Below, piece after piece: positions 59,502 through 64,000 of a stretch of 64,000 nucleotides of DNA (positions are counted from its first letter, which is position 1; the number at the start of each line of letters is the position of its first letter). The stretch is from an uncultured bacterium (GTDB taxonomy: Bacteria > Chloroflexota > UBA5177 > JANWHV01), in assembly GCA_963729625.1 (NCBI GenBank), contig CAVSOU010000017.1, forward strand, positions 160,001-224,000, written 5' to 3'. The notes beneath the pieces were generated by a model. The model had not been told where the DNA came from. It searched no databases and worked only from the letters and a program-made list of their open reading frames with translations. The position numbers and the translations under genes are program-made.

Positions 59502-59757
59502 CGTAGAACCTCCTGTGACGGATGCCGCGGGCATCGTCGGTTCTGCCGCACTGGTCCTGAGTATAGCCTTGATAGACACAGTGTCTCGTGATCGAACAGT
59601 GAAACATACCAGGTAGCGAAATGTGACATTGAGACATTGGAGTGACACATTTCACGACACTTGCCCCGCTATCCGAGGGGATGCGACGCGGCATCCATCC
59701 TTCGCGCCTAGGCGTGAGCGGCTTCTCGCAGGGGAGCCGCTCACGTCAACGACGTCG

Positions 59758-61056
59758 TCAGACCTTTTCCGCCGCCAGTACCGTGTCAAGCGCTGCATAG
59801 ACCTTGTGCACCGCTTCAATGACATAGGGCATGACTGAGGCGTCTTGGCCAGCCAGTGGGTAACGCTCGGAGCCAAGGAGTAGCGAATCGTTCAATAGCC
59901 GCGTGGCTTCTGGGTACCCATCCGGGTCATACCGAATATCTCGGCCCGCGGGCGGTACTGTCCAGGGAAAAGATCCGCCATAGCCCACGCGCTGCTGGAA
60001 GATCGGATAGGCGGGCAAAGGCGTTGTGTGCCAGAGCACGGCCTCGACACCCTCGGCGCGCAAGGCGCGCACCATCGCATTGCGCAGGCGTAACGGCTCG
60101 ACCCGCAGGCCCATCTCGGCCGGATTCAGGCGGACGCGATACTTCTGAAACGTGTGCGTCCTGTCATCCGGCACAAACGGCGGCTGCAGACCGGGCAAGT
60201 CCCGCAGGCCTTCGGTCAGCAATGCCGCGTTGGCTGCCGCCCGGGCATTATTGTCGTCGAGCCGCCGGAGCTGGCTGCGCGTGAAGGCGGCGGGCATCTC
60301 CTGCGACCGGTGATTCCAACCAATCACGTATGAAAAGTAGGGCCGGAACACCTCGTCGTCGAGGCGCTCCGAGCGCTCGCCGAAGATGCGGAACATGTTG
60401 GCGCGCCGCATAAGCGCTTCGTCATTCGTGACGAAGAAGCCGCCCTCGCCGCCGGGCAACGACTTGGTGAAGTTCAGACTAAATGCGCCCATGGCACCGA
60501 TCGGTCCCACGCGCTGTCCCTTATACGTCGCGCCGTGGGCTTGACAGGCGTCCTCGATCACGGCGAGGCCATGCCGTTTGGCTATCGCCAGGATCTCGTC
60601 AAGGTCCGCCGGCAGTCCGTGGATATGCACCGGCATGATCGCTCGAGTTCTCGGGCCGATCAGCGCTTCTACCTGGCGTGGCTGAAGCGTGAACGTGCGC
60701 GGGTCGATATCCGCGAACACGGGAATGGCCAGCGCCTGCAAGATCGCCAGAGCCGACGCCGAGAATGAGAAGGCCGATGTGATGATCTCGTCACCAGGCT
60801 GCAAGTCGAGCGCGAGCAGGGCGAGATGCAACGCCGTCGTGCCGCTATTGGTAGCCAGGCAATACCGCGCGCCGACATAGTCCGCGAACTCGCGCTGTAA
60901 CGCGGACGCCTCGGGCGCCTCGGCACCTCCGATGATGCCCCGATCGAGGACCGCCATGACGGCAGCCTTGTCCTCGGGCAAGATGCGTGGCCAGGGCTGC
61001 TGAATGCCCTGCGGCATGGCCGCGGGACCACCGTGAATTGCCAATCGCTCGCTCAT
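59758..61056 (-). CDS. DegT/DnrJ/EryC1/StrS-family aminotransferase
   Basis: NSGTTALH, PVFADID, IMPVHIHG, IEDACQAHGA, FSLNFTKSLPGGEGG. Confidence 0.94.
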   Translation of the reverse strand: MSERLAIHGGPAAMPQGIQQPWPRILPEDKAAVMAVLDRGIIGGAEAPEASALQREFADYVGARYCLATNSGTTALHLALLALDLQPGDEIITSAFSFSASALAILQALAIPVFADIDPRTFTLQPRQVEALIGPRTRAIMPVHIHGLPADLDEILAIAKRHGLAVIEDACQAHGATYKGQRVGPIGAMGAFSLNFTKSLPGGEGGFFVTNDEALMRRANMFRIFGERSERLDDEVFRPYFSYVIGWNHRSQEMPAAFTRSQLRRLDDNNARAAANAALLTEGLRDLPGLQPPFVPDDRTHTFQKYRVRLNPAEMGLRVEPLRLRNAMVRALRAEGVEAVLWHTTPLPAYPIFQQRVGYGGSFPWTVPPAGRDIRYDPDGYPEATRLLNDSLLLGSERYPLAGQDASVMPYVIEAVHKVYAALDTVLAAEKV

Positions 61057-61086
61057 GCCTCGCTCCCATACCTACCGACTTGCCCA

Positions 61087-61349
61087 TGCAAACGTTAGCA
61101 CAAATCCTAGCACAGCCAAGCGAGCGTGTCAAACCATTTGCCTCATGGAGAGCGCACCTGGATTTGTGATCGAGCGTCGATCCGCTTGCGGCAGGCGGGT
61201 CAGCCTTGACGGCATCTCTCCGCGAGAGGGAGACTCCGGCGTGAACGCCCGGGGTTTCAACACGCGGTCGCATTATTCAGATACACCGCCTCACAGGTCG
61301 ACGTTGACACTTATGAAGCGCGATGCTAGCATAGCTGCTAACGTTAGCA
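61087..61349. promoter_or_regulatory. Divergent promoters, each followed by a LacI-type operator
   Basis: Minus strand: TTGACA(61132-61127)-N17-TAGGAT, then operator TGCAAACGTTAGCA at 61087-61100. Plus strand: TTGACA(61304)-N17-TAGCAT, then perfect palindrome TGCTAACGTTAGCA at 61336-61349. Confidence 0.8.
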
Positions 61350-61484
61350 TAAGGCTCGCCATCCATGTCCTGTCCGCGGTTTGCCACTCTCGCGCAGTGG
61401 TAACCTACAGCGTCCTTCCGCCCTCTTTGCCTGGGCGTCGGAGTCGAGAATGACAGGTCCCAAAGCAGCACCGAGCACCGCACG

Positions 61485-62465
61485 ATGATCGCCAAACACG
61501 GCGCGCCGGGGCGCCGCGTTTCCAGACCGAATCGAGTTTCGGCAGCCATGCCGCCGGCCGATCTTGAGATGCGCGAAGGGCGCGCGTTCCGCCTGCCGCG
61601 TATTCGCTTCGGCACCTTACTGCTTCTGCTCCCGGCCACGCTGTTGCTCGCGATCTTCCTCGTCGGGCCGATCGTCCAAGCTGTCCGGGTCGGGATGACC
61701 AACCAGGCCCTGACCGGGCCGCGCACGAACAACTACGGTTTCGTCGGACTGGCGAATTTTACTCAGCTCTTCGCGGATCCTGACTTCCACAGCGCGCTCA
61801 TCGTGAGCGCGGAATATGTCGCCGGCAGTGTCATCGGCATTACGGCGACAGGCTTGGTCCTCGCGTACTTGATGCACCGTGGCGCGCATCCCCTGATCGC
61901 GCGACTCGTGTCAGGCACCGTGATAATCGCCTGGGTTGTGCCGGAGATCGTAGCGGGCTTCATCTGGCTGGCGTTTGGAGGGAGTAACGGTACGCTGGCC
62001 ACGATCCTGCAACCGATCACGGGAAGCGCGAATGGGAATGACTGGCTGGTCCGCGCGCCTTTGGTGCTGGTCACCATGGCCACAATCTGGGCTACTACTG
62101 CCTTCTCCATGCTGGTGTTTACCGCCGGTCTTCGCGGCCTGCCCGAGGAGGTGCTGGAGGCCGCGACCATGGACGGCACCAACATGTGGCAGCGCATCCT
62201 CTGGGTTGAGCTTCCGATGCTGAGAGGTACGATCGGCACGACCCTGATTCTGGTGACCCTGTCCGTACTGACTGATTTCACGCTCATCTACACCATTACC
62301 GGCGGCGGGCCGGGTACAGCCACCACGACGCTGCCGCTGTACGTCTACCAGCAAGCGATCACCATCACCGTGCTGGGCTACGGCACAGCCGCAGCAGTGG
62401 TGCTGATCGCAGTCGCCGCGCTGGTGTCGCTGCTGTACGTCATACTGCTCAGAATCGAGGTCTAG
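61485..62465 (+). CDS. Carbohydrate ABC permease (MalF-like)
   Basis: FVGLANF, EAA loop EVLEAATMDG, IYTITGGGPG; start uncertain. Confidence 0.93.
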   Translation: MIAKHGAPGRRVSRPNRVSAAMPPADLEMREGRAFRLPRIRFGTLLLLLPATLLLAIFLVGPIVQAVRVGMTNQALTGPRTNNYGFVGLANFTQLFADPDFHSALIVSAEYVAGSVIGITATGLVLAYLMHRGAHPLIARLVSGTVIIAWVVPEIVAGFIWLAFGGSNGTLATILQPITGSANGNDWLVRAPLVLVTMATIWATTAFSMLVFTAGLRGLPEEVLEAATMDGTNMWQRILWVELPMLRGTIGTTLILVTLSVLTDFTLIYTITGGGPGTATTTLPLYVYQQAITITVLGYGTAAAVVLIAVAALVSLLYVILLRIEV

Positions 62466-62467
62466 CG

Positions 62468-63331
62468 GTGCTTGCCGTTCGGGATTCGGCTGGCGTGGCG
62501 CGACGTGCGCGGAAGCGTGTCCCCGCTGGCACCATCGTCCAGCACGTGCTGCTCGTGGCGCTCCTGCTGATGTTCCTCGTGCCGATGCTCTGGGTAATCA
62601 GCGCCAGCATCGATGCGCGAGCGTCGTTCTCGATCAAGTGGCCGCATCTCTCGGTCGTCAACTTCCAGACTATCTTGACGGTCGATTATCTGTGGCGCCC
62701 GATCTTCAACAGCCTGGTCCTGGCTGCCGCCACCACTGTGGTGGTAGTAATCGCGGGCGTTACGGCGGCCTATGCGCTATCTCGCCGTCGCGGATGGTAC
62801 ACGAGGAGCTATCTGTTCATTATTCTGTTTGCCACGGGCTTGCCCGTGCAATTGCTGATGGTACCTGCGTACACGCTATTCCTGCAGCTCAATCTGCTTG
62901 ATTCGATACCGGCAACCGTGTTATTGCTCAGCGCAACCTCTCTGCCGTTCGCGATCTGGCTGCTGAAGAACTTCATCGATCATATTGCGCGCGAGCTGGA
63001 CGAAGCCTCGCAGGTCGACGGAGCAGGCCCATTCGACTGCGTTCGCCTGATCATCCTGCCGCTGGCCGCTCCAGGCATTGCCGTCGCCTCCATGTTCACC
63101 TTCCTCAGCGCCTGGGGCCAGTTCGTCATCCCGTATATCCTTCTACAATCGCCGGACAAGTTCCCTGCCTCCGTCAGCATCTTCGACTTCATGGCCGCCC
63201 AGGGTCAAGTGCAGTACGGGCCACTTGCCGCATTCACCCTGGTTTATTCGCTCCCGGTTCTAGCGCTCTACGCGGGCTTAGCGCGGTTCTTCTCTGGAGC
63301 GTTCAACTTTGGCAGTGGCGTGAAAGGGTAG
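62468..63331 (+). CDS. Carbohydrate ABC permease (MalG-like)
   Basis: NSLVLA, AAYALSR, ELDEASQVDG, LPLAAPG, SAWGQF, GVKG. Confidence 0.94.
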   Translation: MLAVRDSAGVARRARKRVPAGTIVQHVLLVALLLMFLVPMLWVISASIDARASFSIKWPHLSVVNFQTILTVDYLWRPIFNSLVLAAATTVVVVIAGVTAAYALSRRRGWYTRSYLFIILFATGLPVQLLMVPAYTLFLQLNLLDSIPATVLLLSATSLPFAIWLLKNFIDHIARELDEASQVDGAGPFDCVRLIILPLAAPGIAVASMFTFLSAWGQFVIPYILLQSPDKFPASVSIFDFMAAQGQVQYGPLAAFTLVYSLPVLALYAGLARFFSGAFNFGSGVKG

Positions 63332-63430
63332 GAAGAGCGTGACCTAGAGCAAAAGCCGTCGCGATGAAGCCCCCGGCAATATCGGACTGCCGAATCTTCG
63401 GCCCATCAGCCCATTTGGAGGGAAGGAGCA

Positions 63431-64000
63431 ATGTACCCGCGAACACTCGATCTGGCTCCAGGCGCGCAGCCCCGACAGCATCATGCCGCGCGTTTTCTCG
63501 GCATACTCGGCGTTGGCGCCATGCTCACCGTCGCAGCTTTAAGCCCCATGACCTTTCCAAATTCCAAGGTGAAGGCAGCCGCGGGAACGACCACCTGTGC
63601 CGGCTCCGACTCGGTACCGAGCGGCACCACAATTTCCATCGCCTACAGCTCTGAGCAGGAGTTCAACTCCAATCCGCAGGCCGCGCAGTGGTTCTCCATG
63701 CTCAAGAAGCAGTTCGAGGCGGCTCATAAGGGCGTGACCGTCAAGCTCATCCCGATCCCAGGGTCGCAGACGAATTACCAGACGAAGATCCGCCTGATGC
63801 TGCGCTCTGCCTCGACCGCGCCCGACATCATCCACGAGTGGACGCCCTACGTGCAGGACCAGGTGGATGCCAGCCAGCTGGCTCCGCTCGACGACTGCGT
63901 AGCGGCCTGGAAGGATTGGTCGCTCTTCCCGAATGTGATCCGCTACAGCGGCGCACCTGGCCCCCATATCTGGCAGCTGAACTCGGGCGTCAACAACTAC
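63431..64000 (+). CDS. Carbohydrate ABC substrate-binding protein; runs off the right edge
   Basis: AAGGAG-ATG at 63431; hand translation gives a hydrophobic signal, then KKQFEAAHKGVTVKL...YQTKI...APDII...LAPLDD. Confidence 0.88.
   Translation, partial: MYPRTLDLAPGAQPRQHHAARFLGILGVGAMLTVAALSPMTFPNSKVKAAAGTTTCAGSDSVPSGTTISIAYSSEQEFNSNPQAAQWFSMLKKQFEAAHKGVTVKLIPIPGSQTNYQTKIRLMLRSASTAPDIIHEWTPYVQDQVDASQLAPLDDCVAAWKDWSLFPNVIRYSGAPGPHIWQLNSGVNNY

Noticed and set aside
61230-61258. Hairpin GAGACTCCGGCG-TGAA-CGCCCGGGGTTTC resembling a REP or IS200/605 end
   Set aside because: Single imperfect copy in the window and no associated transposase; cannot be supported.

Overview
GC-rich bacterial DNA; the gene families suggest a Chloroflexota-like soil organism, which is inference only. 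The backbone is housekeeping and catabolic: an ABC exporter, an aminotransferase, metA, a rhodanese, an oxidative pentose (Weimberg-type) cluster, a GH172/ABC/KdaD sugar operon under an IclR-sugar-binding fusion regulator, tdh and kbl, and a DegT aminotransferase divergent from a sugar ABC operon. Two accessory zones stand out. (1) At about 6.8-11.7 kb, decayed TPR-RecQ and DUF488 relics lie next to a stand-alone DnaA domain IV protein and an XRE-rep operon. The Rep fuses a lambda-O-like winged helix to DnaA domain I, and its coding sequence carries a 23-bp-periodic palindromic iteron-like array. This candidate replication module is the most interesting signal. (2) At about 23.6-35 kb there is a GNAT/sulfatase deletion scar, an IS1380 with an amber-interrupted transposase, an XRE-TIR-nSTAND1-TM-WD40 protein, two TA modules (one broken) and tandem secreted paralogues. 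A perfect spacer-less 60-bp palindrome lies at 16086-16145. I saw no rRNA, tRNA or CRISPR array. All family assignments are by eye from motifs; no database search was run.
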